A DNA stretch of 64,000 bases from contig CBDCRP010000003.1 of the NCBI GenBank assembly GCA_965221165.1, positions 256,001 through 320,000 of the forward strand, in the 5' to 3' direction. How positions within the stretch are numbered: position 1 is the first letter of the stretch; the number at the start of each line of letters is the position of its first letter. The notes beneath the pieces were generated by a model, which was not told the DNA's origin, made no database searches, and saw only the letters and a program-made list of their open reading frames with translations. Shown here one piece after another: positions 9,390-21,263 of the stretch. This DNA comes from a bacterium (lineage in GTDB: Bacteria > UBA8248). Position numbers and translations under genes: made by a program.

Positions 9390-10391
9390 GTGAATATTTC
9401 CACAAATTCAAATCAACAAACTCTCAGACCCAAAACAACGGTAGCACCGGTTACAGTCATTCGCTTTGGTGAATTGGCGCCTGACTGGGGGGAATATCAC
9501 GAATCACATATGGAGGGGAATCACCGGGCGATTTACCGATACATTGGCGGTATATCTGGTCAAAATCTACGCTCCCCCCTTCCCGGCTGGGAATTCACCT
9601 GTGGTATCGCCATGACTCCTCCTCAAAACGGCGCGCCGCTTCACGATCATCCAGATGAAGAAATTTTCATGGTCTGGGAAGGTGAATTCGAGATATTTTG
9701 GGAAGATTTTGAAACCAATGCCCCCCAAAGCGTCATTTTGGGTAAATACGATCTTATCCGCGTTCCCTCAGGTGTGATGCGCGGGTTCAGTAATGTCGGA
9801 AAGGATGATGGGTTCATTCATTTTATCCACGGCCAAGGCGACTACCAATACCCCGTCTATCCTGAATCACTGCAAGAAGGTTTGCCCGATGGCGTTCGAA
9901 CCGAATCTTACGTCAATAAACCTGCCTATGACCCGGTCACCCAGCTGGTCCGCTTCGAAGAATGTCCTCGCAACTGGAGCGTTTATCACGAAGCGAAACT
10001 CCCTGAAGGGGTGCGTTCTCTCAGGCGCTATATCGGGGGCGTATCCGGTGATACGGATGAGGGCCCACCGCCTTCCCTATCCGAGGGAGAGATAGGATAC
10101 GCCATGGTGGAATGCGGCAATGGCCGCGGCGCACCGCTGCATGACCATCCATGTGAGGAACTTTTTATCGCGCTAGAAGGCAGTTGGGTAGTCTACTGGG
10201 CTGACGAGCGGGGAAACAACGAGCAAGCCGTTCTCGAACCATGGGATGCTTGCTGGGTGCCCACCGGTGTGCAGCGCGGATTTCGAAATGCCGACCGAAC
10301 GGAAGGTAAAATTCATATTATTCAAGGACAAGGAGCAACTCCAGCTCCCAATTATACGGAGGATTATTCTGCTTTAAAAGAAAATTCTTAG
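9390..10391 (+). CDS. Tandem (bi-)cupin protein
   Basis: Two homologous halves, each with RYIGG.SG, GAPLHDHP.EE.F and VP.GV.RGF.N; GTG start after GGAGG. Confidence 0.8.
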   Translation: MNISTNSNQQTLRPKTTVAPVTVIRFGELAPDWGEYHESHMEGNHRAIYRYIGGISGQNLRSPLPGWEFTCGIAMTPPQNGAPLHDHPDEEIFMVWEGEFEIFWEDFETNAPQSVILGKYDLIRVPSGVMRGFSNVGKDDGFIHFIHGQGDYQYPVYPESLQEGLPDGVRTESYVNKPAYDPVTQLVRFEECPRNWSVYHEAKLPEGVRSLRRYIGGVSGDTDEGPPPSLSEGEIGYAMVECGNGRGAPLHDHPCEELFIALEGSWVVYWADERGNNEQAVLEPWDACWVPTGVQRGFRNADRTEGKIHIIQGQGATPAPNYTEDYSALKENS

Positions 10392-10664
10392 ATCAAACAG
10401 CGGATGTCGTTTATCCATTTGATGGTAGCAAGTCCAAATCCGAATCGTGCAAATTGAACCATACGGGGCGACACTAGAGAGCAAGGGACGTAAAATGCTT
10501 TCTGCATCCTATAGTAACTCAGCCAAAACGGACCTGTACGAATGCCGCTTGATCGATATCGTTAGATGATTATGCTCAACCAATTCTGAAGAGTTGAAGT
10601 CTACCGAAGGTCCTTGAATTTTGGCCGAATCTTTTGCATGGACTTCTCTTTTCGATCGAACTTC

Positions 10665-11753
10665 TTAGTGCCCCTCACCCAATGGTAATTGCACGGCCTC
10701 TCCCGTTTGAGAAGACAACTCCATCGCTATCGTCACCTCCAAGGTTTGGCGTGCATCTCCAGCCGTGGCGTGGGTTGTCGGTCTCCCATTGATGACATGA
10801 TCCAGCCAACTTCTCGTTTCATCACCTAATGGACCCCAATAATCACCCGCCGCCCAGTCACCAGGGGTCGTACTGCTCAAAAATGCCGTGTTGATATGAT
10901 GATCTGGTATATACGTATGGGGAATTCCCTTGTCGGTGTATAGCATCTCATCCTTATGGTCTTCATCAAGCATCAAAACGCCATCCGTACCATAAATCTC
11001 CATCCTCACACTTTGGCCAAGTGCCGGGTATTTCGCGGGCAGAGCGTAAAAAACACCCAGATTCATTACGGCTCCATTGTCAAAGGTGACAATGGACCAA
11101 ATGACATCGTTCGCTGAATAGCCGAGTTCTTTGTATATTTTGCCGTTTCCACGAGCAACCACTTCTACCGGTCGATGACCTTCCATGAACCAGCAGGTCA
11201 TATCCACCCAATACGTGAGTACATCGAGCACGGGCGTTGCGTGAGGAGAGCGCTTCAGAATCTGTAGTCCTTGGGCCCGGGTGTTACAGGTTCGACCTGT
11301 ACCAGCCAGAATTTCCCCTAGTCTTCCTTGAATAATTTGTTCTTTCGCCATCTGGTAGCGACGTTTGAATCGTTGGGCATAACCTACCCTGAGTTCAGTA
11401 CCTGTCCTCTCGGCAACTGAGAGTATGCGGTCGGCATCCTCCAACGTCAGGGAAATCGGTTTTTCTACCAACACAGGTTTACCTAATTCCAAGGCATGGA
11501 TAATGGAATCGGCATGATCGTGCTCGGGTGTGGACACGATGACAGTCGTGACATCCGGGTGTTCTATTACTTCTTCATTTCTACCTGTAGTGAGTTGGGC
11601 GCCTACCCGGTCCCCCAATTCTTTCGCCCGGTCTTGATCAATGTCCGATACCGCCAAAAATTCAAGAGACGGATGATGTGAGACCAGATTAGCTCGCAAG
11701 GTTCCTATTCTGCCAGAACCTACAACACCCACACCTAATGACTTTTTGTTCAT
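10665..11753 (-). CDS. Gfo/Idh/MocA family oxidoreductase
   Basis: GVVGSGRIG Rossmann motif, VSTP..DH, VLVEKP. Confidence 0.9.
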   Translation of the reverse strand: MNKKSLGVGVVGSGRIGTLRANLVSHHPSLEFLAVSDIDQDRAKELGDRVGAQLTTGRNEEVIEHPDVTTVIVSTPEHDHADSIIHALELGKPVLVEKPISLTLEDADRILSVAERTGTELRVGYAQRFKRRYQMAKEQIIQGRLGEILAGTGRTCNTRAQGLQILKRSPHATPVLDVLTYWVDMTCWFMEGHRPVEVVARGNGKIYKELGYSANDVIWSIVTFDNGAVMNLGVFYALPAKYPALGQSVRMEIYGTDGVLMLDEDHKDEMLYTDKGIPHTYIPDHHINTAFLSSTTPGDWAAGDYWGPLGDETRSWLDHVINGRPTTHATAGDARQTLEVTIAMELSSQTGEAVQLPLGEGH

Positions 11754-11842
11754 TTTTACCCTCTGGATTTTCTTAAAGAGTTATCTAGTGAGACGCCGTA
11801 CAAGAAATGCGCTACTACTTCTCTCTATTGCAGGAAGAAATC

Positions 11843-11872
11843 AAAAAAAAACCGGCCTCCTAGGAGACCGGT
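11843..11872 (-). terminator. Rho-independent terminator after pnp
   Basis: Minus strand ACCGGTCTCC-TA-GGAGGCCGGT followed by a run of T. Confidence 0.85.
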
Positions 11873-11894
11873 ACACACACAAAATTTGATTTCA

Positions 11895-14030
11895 TCAGGT
11901 CACAGGCGCATAGAATTGCTTCCATTCTTCGGGCAACTCTTCTTCGGCTACATCTTTCATTGAAAGGCGGATTCTCCCATTTCCTTCCACTTCTATGCAT
12001 TTCACCAAAACCTTCTGGCCTTCTTTTAAGACATCACTTACCGAACCAATTCTTTTCTTCGCAATCATGCTGATATGGCAAAGACCATCCGTTCCCGGGA
12101 ATATTTCGACGAATGCTCCAAAATCCATAATTTTTCTGACCGTACCATAATAAATCGTGCCCTTCTTGGCTTCCTGAGTAAGTTCACGAATAATCTCCAT
12201 AGCCCTGAGGGCTGCTGCTTCATCCGTGGATGAGATGAAGATGGTTCCATCATCCTCAATGTCTACATCCGCACCTGTTTCCTCGACGATTCCGCGAATC
12301 ACTTTTCCTCCCGGTCCAATGACATCCCTCACTCGATCTTTGGATACCTGCATCGTCATAATCCTCGGCGCGTAGGGGGAAATCTCTTCGCTTGGCTGGG
12401 AGATAACTTTGTCCATCTGATCAAGTACATGCATTCTCGCATCATTAGCTTGCGTCAAAGCCTCTTTTACGAGGCTTAATTGCAACCCTTTGATCTTGAT
12501 ATCCATCTGAAGAGCAGTAATGCCATGACGCGTCCCACCGACCTTGAAGTCCATGTCTCCTAAATGATCTTCCAATCCGAGGATATCGGTAAGTATTGCC
12601 GTTCTTCCTGTGGATTCCTCACTAATTAAACCCATGGCAATGCCAGCCACTGGAGATGTTATCGGTACGCCCGCGCTCATCAAGGCCAAGCTGGCACCGC
12701 AGATGCTCGCCATGGATGAACTGCCATTGCTCTCCGTGATATCTGAAACCACTCGGATTGTATAGGGAAAATCTTCCTGCTCAGGCAAAATCGCCTGCAC
12801 GGCCCGAGAAGCAAGTGCACCGTGTCCAATTTCACGGCGGCCAGGACCACGGTTTGGCTTCGCTTCACCAACACTAAATCCAGGGAAATTATAGTGAAGC
12901 AGAAAAGTCCTGTCGGCTTTACCATCTAGCGTGTCTATCAATTGCGCTTCGGAGGCAGTACCTAGCGTTACAGTCACCAACGCTTGGGTTTCACCTCGGG
13001 TAAACAATGCGCTGCCATGGGGCCTGGCAAGAGGCGACATTCTGATGGTAATCGGCCTGACATCACGAAGCCCACGACCATCCGAGCGTTTCTCCTCATC
13101 TAAAATCAAACCACGAAAAACTTCTTTTTCGATTTTACCAAAATACTCAAAGACAACTCCCCTGTCAGGAGACCCCTCTTCGTCTGTGCAAAGAGAATCG
13201 ACCGCAGTAGCTTTCGCTTCATCAATTGCACCATATTGTCCTGCTTTGTCGTGAATCTCGGCAGCCGCTTTTAGTTTAGGAACAACAATTTCACGAACCT
13301 TCTCCATTGTTTCTGTATCTTCTTCTTCAGGATCGACGACACGTTTTGTTTTTCCGCATTCCGCTCTCAGTTCATTCTGCAAAGCGCACAACTCTTTAAT
13401 TACAAAATGGCCTTTCTCAAACGCTTCCATATATACATCTTCGGAAACTTCAAAACTGCCTGCTTCCACCATCACTATCGCGGCCGATGTTCCAGCCATC
13501 ACACAATTCACATCGCTGTCAATTTGCTGTTCGATTGTCGGATTGACAATAATTTCTCCATCAATTCTTCCAACACGAACAGCACCAATAGGGCCAGCGA
13601 AAGGGATATCAGAAATGTGGAGAGCAGCGGAAGTTCCGTTGATTGCCAAAATGTCGGAATCATTCAACTTATCGTAAGACATGACCATCACCTGAACCAT
13701 CGTCTCACAACGAAATTCTTTAGGGAAAAGAGGTCGGATTGGCCTATCGATTAAACGACAAGTTAATGTCTCTCTCTCTCCAGGCTTAGCTTCACGCCGA
13801 AAAAAATTGCCGGGAATAATTCCTGCTGCATAGAAAAACTCTCGGTAATCAACAGTAAGAGGGAAAAAATCCACCCCCTCACGTGGAGAAAGCGAAGCGC
13901 AAACCGCACACAACACGCTGGTTTCGCCGTAGTGCATCATTACGGCGCCACCGGCTTGTTTGGCTATCTCACCCGTTTCAAAGGCAAGAGTATAACCATT
14001 GATAGATGTTTCTTTACGATATGGTGACAT
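11895..14030 (-). CDS. pnp: Polyribonucleotide nucleotidyltransferase
   Basis: [42 protein letters not shown]; KH and S1 domains. Confidence 0.98.
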   Translation of the reverse strand: MSPYRKETSINGYTLAFETGEIAKQAGGAVMMHYGETSVLCAVCASLSPREGVDFFPLTVDYREFFYAAGIIPGNFFRREAKPGERETLTCRLIDRPIRPLFPKEFRCETMVQVMVMSYDKLNDSDILAINGTSAALHISDIPFAGPIGAVRVGRIDGEIIVNPTIEQQIDSDVNCVMAGTSAAIVMVEAGSFEVSEDVYMEAFEKGHFVIKELCALQNELRAECGKTKRVVDPEEEDTETMEKVREIVVPKLKAAAEIHDKAGQYGAIDEAKATAVDSLCTDEEGSPDRGVVFEYFGKIEKEVFRGLILDEEKRSDGRGLRDVRPITIRMSPLARPHGSALFTRGETQALVTVTLGTASEAQLIDTLDGKADRTFLLHYNFPGFSVGEAKPNRGPGRREIGHGALASRAVQAILPEQEDFPYTIRVVSDITESNGSSSMASICGASLALMSAGVPITSPVAGIAMGLISEESTGRTAILTDILGLEDHLGDMDFKVGGTRHGITALQMDIKIKGLQLSLVKEALTQANDARMHVLDQMDKVISQPSEEISPYAPRIMTMQVSKDRVRDVIGPGGKVIRGIVEETGADVDIEDDGTIFISSTDEAAALRAMEIIRELTQEAKKGTIYYGTVRKIMDFGAFVEIFPGTDGLCHISMIAKKRIGSVSDVLKEGQKVLVKCIEVEGNGRIRLSMKDVAEEELPEEWKQFYAPVT

Positions 14031-14062
14031 TAGATTACTTCCCTTTGAGGCAAGGACCACAT

Positions 14063-14332
14063 CTAGCGACGCAGGCCGAGATCCTGAATTACCGCCCGGT
14101 AGCGGTTGATGTCCTTCTCTTTTAAATAATCAAGGAGGCGGCGCCGCTGACCCACGAGTTTCAGTAGCCCTCTTCGGGAATGATGATCTTTCTTGTGGGT
14201 CTTGAAGTGATCCGTGAGGTAGGCAATGCGCTCAGTTAGAATAGCTGTCTGTACTTCTGGTGAACCGGTATCGGTGTCATGTGTACGAAATTTTTCGATT
14301 ACTTCCGATTTTCGCTCCTTTGCTAGGGGCAT
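14063..14332 (-). CDS. rpsO: 30S ribosomal protein S15
   Basis: DTGSPEVQ...[22 protein letters not shown]; ATG 14332 after GGAGG. Confidence 0.98.
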   Translation of the reverse strand: MPLAKERKSEVIEKFRTHDTDTGSPEVQTAILTERIAYLTDHFKTHKKDHHSRRGLLKLVGQRRRLLDYLKEKDINRYRAVIQDLGLRR

Positions 14333-14474
14333 TTCTTTAACTTCCTCCACTACTTGATGTATTGCCCTGGGCCCTCCCGAGGCCATTCATTCAGATTTTT
14401 GAGTTTACTAAAAACGGGTGGATTCTATACAAATTTTTCATCAATGTAAATACAGCGCACTTACTCCTGGAACT

Positions 14475-15413
14475 CTAGGTAACAAACACCTTTTCGGGCG
14501 CCACGAATCCCTGGTTTCGTTTCTTTTCATGTACCATCTTTCCGACCGCCAATAACTCCCCTGGTTCGTTCAATATACGGACACGGGTATCCACCGGCAA
14601 ATCAACAACTTGCTGAACATCTTCCAACCTGATTATAGCACCATTCAATACCCGCACTTCTGCCCTCGGCCGCACATATATAGAGGGCAAATGTGCAAGA
14701 GCTTGAGCTGGGCTCACCAGGATATCTTTAAGGCGTTGGTCTTCAGAATAACGTTTCACATCTTCGAGAGAAACGGAATCCTTGATGTGAAATGGTCCCA
14801 AAGCAGTACGCGTAAGCGCTTGCAGACAACCGCCAGACCCTTGATTCGTCCCGATATCATGACAAATGGAGCGAATATATGTTCCCCGAGAGCATGTGAC
14901 ATCAAAGGTAAGTTGTGGACCATCCATCTTAATCGCTTTTATCCAAAATACCTCTATCGGCCGCCTCTCTCTGGCAATTTCCTTACCGGAACGCGCCAAT
15001 GCGTGCAGGCGCTTTCCAGCAATCTTCAAGGCGGAATACATCGGTGGTACTTGTGTCGTCTTGCCCAGCATAGCATTCAGAAGCTCCTGAGCTCTAGAAA
15101 ATGAGATGTTGCCTGGGTCGGATTCGGTTAACAATTTCCCCGTAACGTCCTGGGTATCTGTCACTCGTCCAAACAACATGACAGCCCGATACGTTTTTTG
15201 ACATTCCAAAAAATATGAAAACAACTTCGTCGAATTACCTAAGCAAATTGGCAAAACTCCCTCGGCCATTGGGTCAAGTGTACCTGCATGACCCACTTTT
15301 GTTTTTGAGGGAAGTAGTTTTCTCATCTCATCAACCATATCGTGCGAAGTGGGGCCATGCTTTTTCTTGAGATTCAAAACTCCTGAGGGTTCCAACATCT
15401 TGTCCTTCCTCAA
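14475..15413 (-). CDS. truB: tRNA pseudouridine(55) synthase
   Basis: KVGHAGTLDP, QVPPMYSALK, CSRGTYIRS. Confidence 0.97.
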   Translation of the reverse strand: MRKDKMLEPSGVLNLKKKHGPTSHDMVDEMRKLLPSKTKVGHAGTLDPMAEGVLPICLGNSTKLFSYFLECQKTYRAVMLFGRVTDTQDVTGKLLTESDPGNISFSRAQELLNAMLGKTTQVPPMYSALKIAGKRLHALARSGKEIARERRPIEVFWIKAIKMDGPQLTFDVTCSRGTYIRSICHDIGTNQGSGGCLQALTRTALGPFHIKDSVSLEDVKRYSEDQRLKDILVSPAQALAHLPSIYVRPRAEVRVLNGAIIRLEDVQQVVDLPVDTRVRILNEPGELLAVGKMVHEKKRNQGFVAPEKVFVT

Positions 15414-15769
15414 ACCTGCTTCTTCACGTCAGAAAATAATCGCTCAATTTCGTCGCTGTATGCCAAACTGTGGTCAGTGAAAAATTTCAGCCTTGGTGTA
15501 CTTTTCAATTCCAAGCGTTCGGCGAGTTTTTTTTGCAAGAAACCACAGGCGCCTTCAAGACCCTTAAACCCTTCTTCCATCTCCTCAGAATTCCCTTGAT
15601 TTTCACCGTAGCAGCTAAAATAGACCTTCGCAGCTTTCAAATCAGGTGACATTTCTACTCGTGTGATCACTACATGTCGTACACGCGGATCTTTCACATC
15701 TCTCATTAACACATTCGCCAGTTCGGAATGTATGAGATCCGCTACACGCAGCACACGAGAATGACTCAT
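15410..15769 (-). CDS. rbfA: Ribosome-binding factor A
   Basis: RVADLI...VKDPR...MSPDL..AKVY...TPRLKF; operon position. Confidence 0.95.
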   Translation of the reverse strand: MSHSRVLRVADLIHSELANVLMRDVKDPRVRHVVITRVEMSPDLKAAKVYFSCYGENQGNSEEMEEGFKGLEGACGFLQKKLAERLELKSTPRLKFFTDHSLAYSDEIERLFSDVKKQV

Positions 15770-15790
15770 TTTTTCAATTTTCTCCTGAAA

Positions 15791-16075
15791 TCAAAAAATC
15801 TCGATATCAAAATCCAATACAACCACGAGACCCGTTCCTTCAAGGAAGTTCAGCACCTTTCTCAGTTGGCTATCTACAAATCGGCCCTCATTGCTTACCA
15901 AGCTCACACCAATACGACATCTTTGCCACTTATCTTGAAAATCGACTTCAGCGACAGACACATTAAACCGTTGGCGCAGGCGTGTCGTTACCGACTGAAC
16001 TATCTTGCGCTTTGCTTTGAGCGAGCGGCATTCGGGAATCTGAATATCGATTGTCGCAAGACCAACAACTGGCAT
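15791..16075 (-). CDS. ylxP: DUF503 (YlxP) family protein
   Basis: SLKAKR...RFNVSVAEVD.QDKWQR; located between infB and rbfA. Confidence 0.9.
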   Translation of the reverse strand: MPVVGLATIDIQIPECRSLKAKRKIVQSVTTRLRQRFNVSVAEVDFQDKWQRCRIGVSLVSNEGRFVDSQLRKVLNFLEGTGLVVVLDFDIEIF

Positions 16076-16113
16076 GGGTATGAAGATTTCAAAAAAAGAC
16101 GATGCCAATCAAC

Positions 16114-18360
16114 CTAAAGCGTCCGAGATACTTCTTCCGTAATATATGGTTCTATGATATCGCCTTGCTTGATGTCATTATAATGCTCAATCCCGATTCC
16201 ACACTCATAACCAGACTGAACCTCATTTACATCATCTTTGAATCGCCTCAAAGATGAAATCTTACCTGTATAGATAACTACATTATCGCGAATAAGCCGC
16301 ACACTTGAATTTCTATTAATATTTCCATCGGTGACATAACAACCCGCTATGGTCCCCACATTAGGAACATGGAATAGTTCCCGAATTTCCGCGTGCCCAC
16401 GCACTACTTCTCGCTGAACTGGTTCGAGTATTCCCTCAAGAGCCAGCTTAATTTCATCGATAGCATCATAGATGACAGAATATAATCTAATATCCACTTT
16501 TTCATGTTTCGCGACTTCTCTGGCTTCTGGCGTCGGTCGAACATTGAAGCCTACGATCACAGCTGCCGAGGCAGCTGCGAGCATTACATCGGTTTCCGTA
16601 ATCCCACCTACTGCACTATGCAGAACCTTAACTCCCACCTCATCATTGCCTAGCTTACCCAAAGATTCCTTCAGTGCCTCTATGCTTCCCTGCACATCTG
16701 CTTTCAGAATCAAACTCAACTCTTTCAGCTGACCTTCCTCTACATTTTCCATGAAACTTTCCAAAGAAACTCGCGCAGAAGCCATAAGCGCCGCCATACG
16801 TTCACGTTGTTGACGTCTTGCGCTTATCTCTCTAGCCATCTTCTCATCTTCTAAAACCGTAAACGTATCACCAGCCTCAGGAACACCAGCGAATCCCAAA
16901 ATTTCTACTGGCGTAGCAGGTCCCGCAGACTTCAACTTGCGGCCTTGGTCATCTAGCAGAGCGCGCACTTTGCCACTCCATTTGCCAGCTACAAAGTTAT
17001 CACCCACTTTCAAAGTGCCCCCTTGAACCAAAACAGTGGCAACCGGACCCCGCCCCCTGTCCAGCTTCGCTTCAACGACAACGCCGCTGGCGGGCCGGTT
17101 CGGGTTGGCCTTCAACTCCATGAGTTCTGCCTGTAGAATAGCAATATCCAAAAGCTCATCAATTCCGATATTCTCTTTCGCAGAAATCTCAGAATAAACC
17201 GTATCGCCACCCCAATCCTCTGGGATTAAATCTAAAGTTGAAAGTTGCTGCTTCACCCTGTCGGGATTCGCATCTGCTAAATCCATTTTGTTCATCGCCA
17301 CCATAATCGGGACTTCAGCGGCTTTTGCATGATCGATGGCTTCTCGCGTTTGAGGCATCACCCCTTCATTCGCCGCCACAACGATGATTACCAAATCCGT
17401 TACTTGGGCACCACGTGCCCTCATAGCTGTAAAAGCTTCATGTCCTGGGGTATCTAAAAATACAGCCGTCCCTCTGTCCGTTGTAACTCTATAGGCGCCG
17501 ATATGCTGGGTTATCCCACCCGCTTCACCTTCCATCACGTTGGCTTTGCGGATGGCATCGAGAAGCCTCGTTTTCCCATGATCAACATGCCCCATAATTG
17601 TTATAACCGGAGCTCTGAGTTGAAGATCTTCTTTCTTGTCCTCTTCTTGAATCAGCAGGTCTTCTATATTATCTTTGGATATTTCAACCTCATAGCCAAA
17701 GGTTTCAGAGATATCTGTAGCAGTGTTATGATCTATCATTTGATTGATCGTCGTCATCTGGCCTTTTTTCATCAATTCCTTGATAACTTCCGTCGCCTTT
17801 ACGTTAATTTTCTCAGCGAGTTCCTTCACCGTTATCGTCTCAGCAATACGTACACGCCCTCCGTGCCGGCGAAGAGATTTCTCTTTAGTGATATCCTGAG
17901 TAGCTTTGGAGCTTGGTGGTGTTGTGGCGATTTTATCTTTCGGTGGTGGAGTTGTTTTTTCTATGACTAACTGTTTTTTCTCCCTAACCTCGTCTTTTCC
18001 TGCGCCTGATTTCTCATCCACTGCGACATCTTCTGGTGTGACCGATACCTCAGCCGTCGCTTCTTTAGGGGTGTGAGAGGCTCTTGATTCTACTTCTTTC
18101 AGGACAAGACTGTCTTCTTTCTCTGCATGAGCAACCGTTGTTTTCTTTGAAGTTCTTTTTTCCGCCTTGCTTTCTGGTGCCACTTTTTTCTCTTGAAGTG
18201 TTTCTTGAGAAAAAAGCGCCATCACTAGCTCTGCAGTTTCATCATCAACAGTACTCATATGGCCTTTAACTACGATTCCCTCTCTGGCTAATTCCTCAAC
18301 AAAAGCCCTGCTGTCATATCCAAGATTTTTAGCCAGTTGGTATACGCGTACATTCGCCAT
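16114..18360 (-). CDS. infB: Translation initiation factor IF-2
   Basis: [40 protein letters not shown]. Confidence 0.99.
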   Translation of the reverse strand: MANVRVYQLAKNLGYDSRAFVEELAREGIVVKGHMSTVDDETAELVMALFSQETLQEKKVAPESKAEKRTSKKTTVAHAEKEDSLVLKEVESRASHTPKEATAEVSVTPEDVAVDEKSGAGKDEVREKKQLVIEKTTPPPKDKIATTPPSSKATQDITKEKSLRRHGGRVRIAETITVKELAEKINVKATEVIKELMKKGQMTTINQMIDHNTATDISETFGYEVEISKDNIEDLLIQEEDKKEDLQLRAPVITIMGHVDHGKTRLLDAIRKANVMEGEAGGITQHIGAYRVTTDRGTAVFLDTPGHEAFTAMRARGAQVTDLVIIVVAANEGVMPQTREAIDHAKAAEVPIMVAMNKMDLADANPDRVKQQLSTLDLIPEDWGGDTVYSEISAKENIGIDELLDIAILQAELMELKANPNRPASGVVVEAKLDRGRGPVATVLVQGGTLKVGDNFVAGKWSGKVRALLDDQGRKLKSAGPATPVEILGFAGVPEAGDTFTVLEDEKMAREISARRQQRERMAALMASARVSLESFMENVEEGQLKELSLILKADVQGSIEALKESLGKLGNDEVGVKVLHSAVGGITETDVMLAAASAAVIVGFNVRPTPEAREVAKHEKVDIRLYSVIYDAIDEIKLALEGILEPVQREVVRGHAEIRELFHVPNVGTIAGCYVTDGNINRNSSVRLIRDNVVIYTGKISSLRRFKDDVNEVQSGYECGIGIEHYNDIKQGDIIEPYITEEVSRTL

Positions 18361-18437
18361 AAAACCTCCACCGCAGATTTTTCATATCCACTATCAAATC
18401 ATAAATAAGTCTCAAATGAACTCCAGAAAATATCTTG

Positions 18438-19001
18438 TCAATCGCAACCAATTGCTCTTTCCTGCATCAAGCGCAAGCAAATACCGTCAACAAGAAGAGT
18501 ATCCTCGATAAACAACACGCCAATCGGCTTTCGACTCAATAATCTCCCAAGTTCACTCATATCAAAAGGTAGAATATAAAATTCTTCAGCCACGCGTTTC
18601 AAGTTCATCAAAACTTTTGACGATATGTCCTTGGAAGCAAACGGTTTTCCTATGTTTGAGAGTTTTATTTTCTTGAAAACCGCCTCTTTCCCCAATGTGA
18701 GTACACCCTTTCTTTGAGATGCAATCAACATGCCCTTGAGGTTTTGTCCAAGAAGCATTCTCAGATTTCGAATCAATTCCTCCGAATCGATTCTAAAATC
18801 CCTTCTTTTCAGCGCAATTTCCAAACGATCTGAAGAAATAAGCCGTGAAATACAACTCGAATTAAAACAACAATGCGCCCCTCTACCGGGCAATTTACTT
18901 CCTAACTCATAAACGATATTTTCCTCTGGGCCGATCAATATTCTAAAAAAAATATTCACATTGCCTTTATTCCGACAAGCTACACAGGTTCTATGGGGCA
19001 A
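18438..19001 (-). CDS. YlxR (DUF448)-YlxQ/L7Ae-like fusion protein
   Basis: N-terminal PHRTCVACR and GRGAHCC (YlxR); C-terminal G.L.LG.E and ELGRLL (L7Ae-like); between nusA and infB. Confidence 0.8.
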   Translation of the reverse strand: MPHRTCVACRNKGNVNIFFRILIGPEENIVYELGSKLPGRGAHCCFNSSCISRLISSDRLEIALKRRDFRIDSEELIRNLRMLLGQNLKGMLIASQRKGVLTLGKEAVFKKIKLSNIGKPFASKDISSKVLMNLKRVAEEFYILPFDMSELGRLLSRKPIGVLFIEDTLLVDGICLRLMQERAIGCD

Positions 19002-19016
19002 ACACTCATTCCCTCA

Positions 19017-20372
19017 TCATACTTCATGAGACTCCGAACCGGCGGATTTTTCATGCGATTGGGCTGCTTCAATCAGTAGCTCAGCCCGCTTCGGACCTAT
19101 CCCGGGAACCTCACATAATTCATCCGTCGACGCCGCGCTAATGGCCGCAATTGTAGAAAAACCATTGTCTGCCAAAAGACGCGCCATTTTCTCACCAACG
19201 AGTTCTAGTTCTACTAATTCACTGGAGGAACTTTCATCAGTTCCTGTTGTCTGCATACCTTGTTCTTGATCTTCCTCTTCTCCGCTGGCAACCGTTGTCT
19301 GGCTATCATCATTCGAAAAAGCCTGCTCGGCGACAATGCGTCGATACTCGCCCTCACCTTTCAGATCAATTTTCCATCCTAAGAGTTTTGCCGCCAAGCG
19401 AACATTTTGTCCGCCTTTCCCAATGGCGAGAGAGAGCTGATCGTCAGGCACCAACACCTCCATTCGGCCTTCATCTTCAAACAAGGTAATGTGTTGTATT
19501 TTGGCAGGGCTGAGCGCATTTGCCGCATATGTGCGTATATCGTCACTCCAAGAAATGATATCGATCTTCTCTCCCCTAAGCTCTTGAACAATTGATTGCA
19601 CACGGCTGCCCCTTGTTCCTACGCATGCGCCCACAGGATCAATGTCTCGCTCATGACTTACAACAGAGACTTTTGAACGTCCACTTGGCTCTCGGACACA
19701 CCCTTTGATAGCCACTATCCCATCGTAAATTTCGGGTACTTCCATTTCAAATAGACGAATCAGCAAACCAGGATGCGTTCTACTCAGAACTATTTGGGGA
19801 CCTTTGGTTATCTCCCGCACCTCCATCATATAAGCGCGGATTCGGTCGCCTCGCTTATACACTTCTCTGAATATTTGCTCTCGACGAGGGAGGATCGCCT
19901 CTGTACGTCCAATATCTACATAAATATTGCCGCGCTCTACCTGCGAGACAGACCCAGTGATTAAATCACCTTCGCGCTCCTTGAATTCTTGGTAAATATT
20001 CGCACGCTCCGCTTCTCGGACTCGCTGCAATATCACTTGCTTGGCTATTTGCGCGGCTATCCTGCCCAGTCCTTCGGTTTCGACGCCTTGCTCAAGAAAA
20101 TCTCCAACCTGAATATCAGGATTTTCCTTGCGCGCTTCATCCAAAAGTATTTCGTTCTGAGGATTTTGAATAATCCTGACGACTTCTTTTGCCGCTTTGA
20201 CGTCGATTTCGCCAGTTTGCTCATCAAATGATACATCCACATTTTTACCTAAACCGTATTGCTTCTTCGCGGCTGACGCCATGGCGACCTTTAGGGTATC
20301 GAGGAGTACTTCCTTCGCAACACCTCGCTCACGCTCTAATTGTGTCAGGACCGCAATCAATTCTTGACTCAC
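19017..20372 (-). CDS. nusA: Transcription termination/antitermination factor NusA
   Basis: GRIAAQIAKQVI, LFEMEVPEI, DPVGACVG, LSLAIGKGGQNVRLA; C-terminal HhH repeats. Confidence 0.98.
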   Translation of the reverse strand: MSQELIAVLTQLERERGVAKEVLLDTLKVAMASAAKKQYGLGKNVDVSFDEQTGEIDVKAAKEVVRIIQNPQNEILLDEARKENPDIQVGDFLEQGVETEGLGRIAAQIAKQVILQRVREAERANIYQEFKEREGDLITGSVSQVERGNIYVDIGRTEAILPRREQIFREVYKRGDRIRAYMMEVREITKGPQIVLSRTHPGLLIRLFEMEVPEIYDGIVAIKGCVREPSGRSKVSVVSHERDIDPVGACVGTRGSRVQSIVQELRGEKIDIISWSDDIRTYAANALSPAKIQHITLFEDEGRMEVLVPDDQLSLAIGKGGQNVRLAAKLLGWKIDLKGEGEYRRIVAEQAFSNDDSQTTVASGEEEDQEQGMQTTGTDESSSSELVELELVGEKMARLLADNGFSTIAAISAASTDELCEVPGIGPKRAELLIEAAQSHEKSAGSESHEV

Positions 20373-20405
20373 AAAACTACTCCTCCATGATGGATTGAGT
20401 TGACT

Positions 20406-20900
20406 CTACTCTGTTTTCTCTGAACCTTGAAATTCCGCTTCCCAATCCACATCTAAGTTCGCTTTTGCGATATCAGCCAGTGAAAATGAAGCCTTTCCTC
20501 CGTCTCTTGAAAGCACATGAATGATATTTTCATCAATCGCGACTATCTTACCTGAAATTTTCCTCTTCCCTTTCCCCCTGCCTTTCAAGCGTATTCGCAC
20601 CCAATGTCCGACATAGCGCTCAAAATCTTGGATTTTCCGCAGAGGTCTTTCAATGCCAGGACTTGATACTTCGAGGCGATACGAATTTTCAATGACATCC
20701 TCTTCCTCGAAGCGTTCTCCGAGTTCACGGCTGGCAGCTACGCAATCAGAAATAAAAATCCCGCCCGGCTTTTCAATATATACTCGTATAATCCGCCGGC
20801 TCCGGTTACCGGTAAGTTCAATATCAATCAATTCAAGCCCTAGGCTAGAAACAATTTCCTGGGCGATAGTCCATATTTGACCATCAACCTCTATTATCAC
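20406..20900 (-). CDS. rimP: Ribosome maturation factor RimP
   Basis: YRLEVSSPGIERPL motif; first gene of the nusA-infB operon. Confidence 0.95.
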   Translation of the reverse strand: MIIEVDGQIWTIAQEIVSSLGLELIDIELTGNRSRRIIRVYIEKPGGIFISDCVAASRELGERFEEEDVIENSYRLEVSSPGIERPLRKIQDFERYVGHWVRIRLKGRGKGKRKISGKIVAIDENIIHVLSRDGGKASFSLADIAKANLDVDWEAEFQGSEKTE

Positions 20901-20922
20901 ACCAACCTCTGAATTCGAGGGT

Positions 20923-20955
20923 AAATAAAAAAATGGGCCATCAATTGACCCACTT
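20923..20955 (-). promoter_or_regulatory. rimP-leader terminator-like attenuator
   Basis: Minus strand AGTGGGTCA-ATTGA-TGGCCCAT followed by TTTTTT, just upstream of the rimP RBS; matches the widely conserved rimP leader hairpin. Confidence 0.7.
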
Positions 20956-21263
20956 ACTCGACAGCCAAAATCACCAATATTCTAATCGCCATTCGAGCAA
21001 AGCGCAAGTGCAGTAGCTTCTTAGTGGGATTTGTGGGATATGAGGACATTCTTGCTCGAAAATATGCGACATGCTAGATTCTGCCAAATTGCTCGGATAG
21101 AGATGTTGTGGAATAAGCAAAGTGGCGAAGATACTTTAAGTGGCATCCTCGCGAGATAACTCGGGATGCTTCACCCGCTGCAGAAGCACTTGCCTCTTCG
21201 TTGAGGCGCAATCGTCTATTCTCTTTCAACAAAAAGTACAAACACGCATTCAAAGGCAGTTCT

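Noticed and set aside
14333-14400. S15 autoregulatory leader upstream of rpsO
   Set aside because: A small GGCC..GGCC hairpin is present and the position fits, but it could not be matched to a defined leader family by eye
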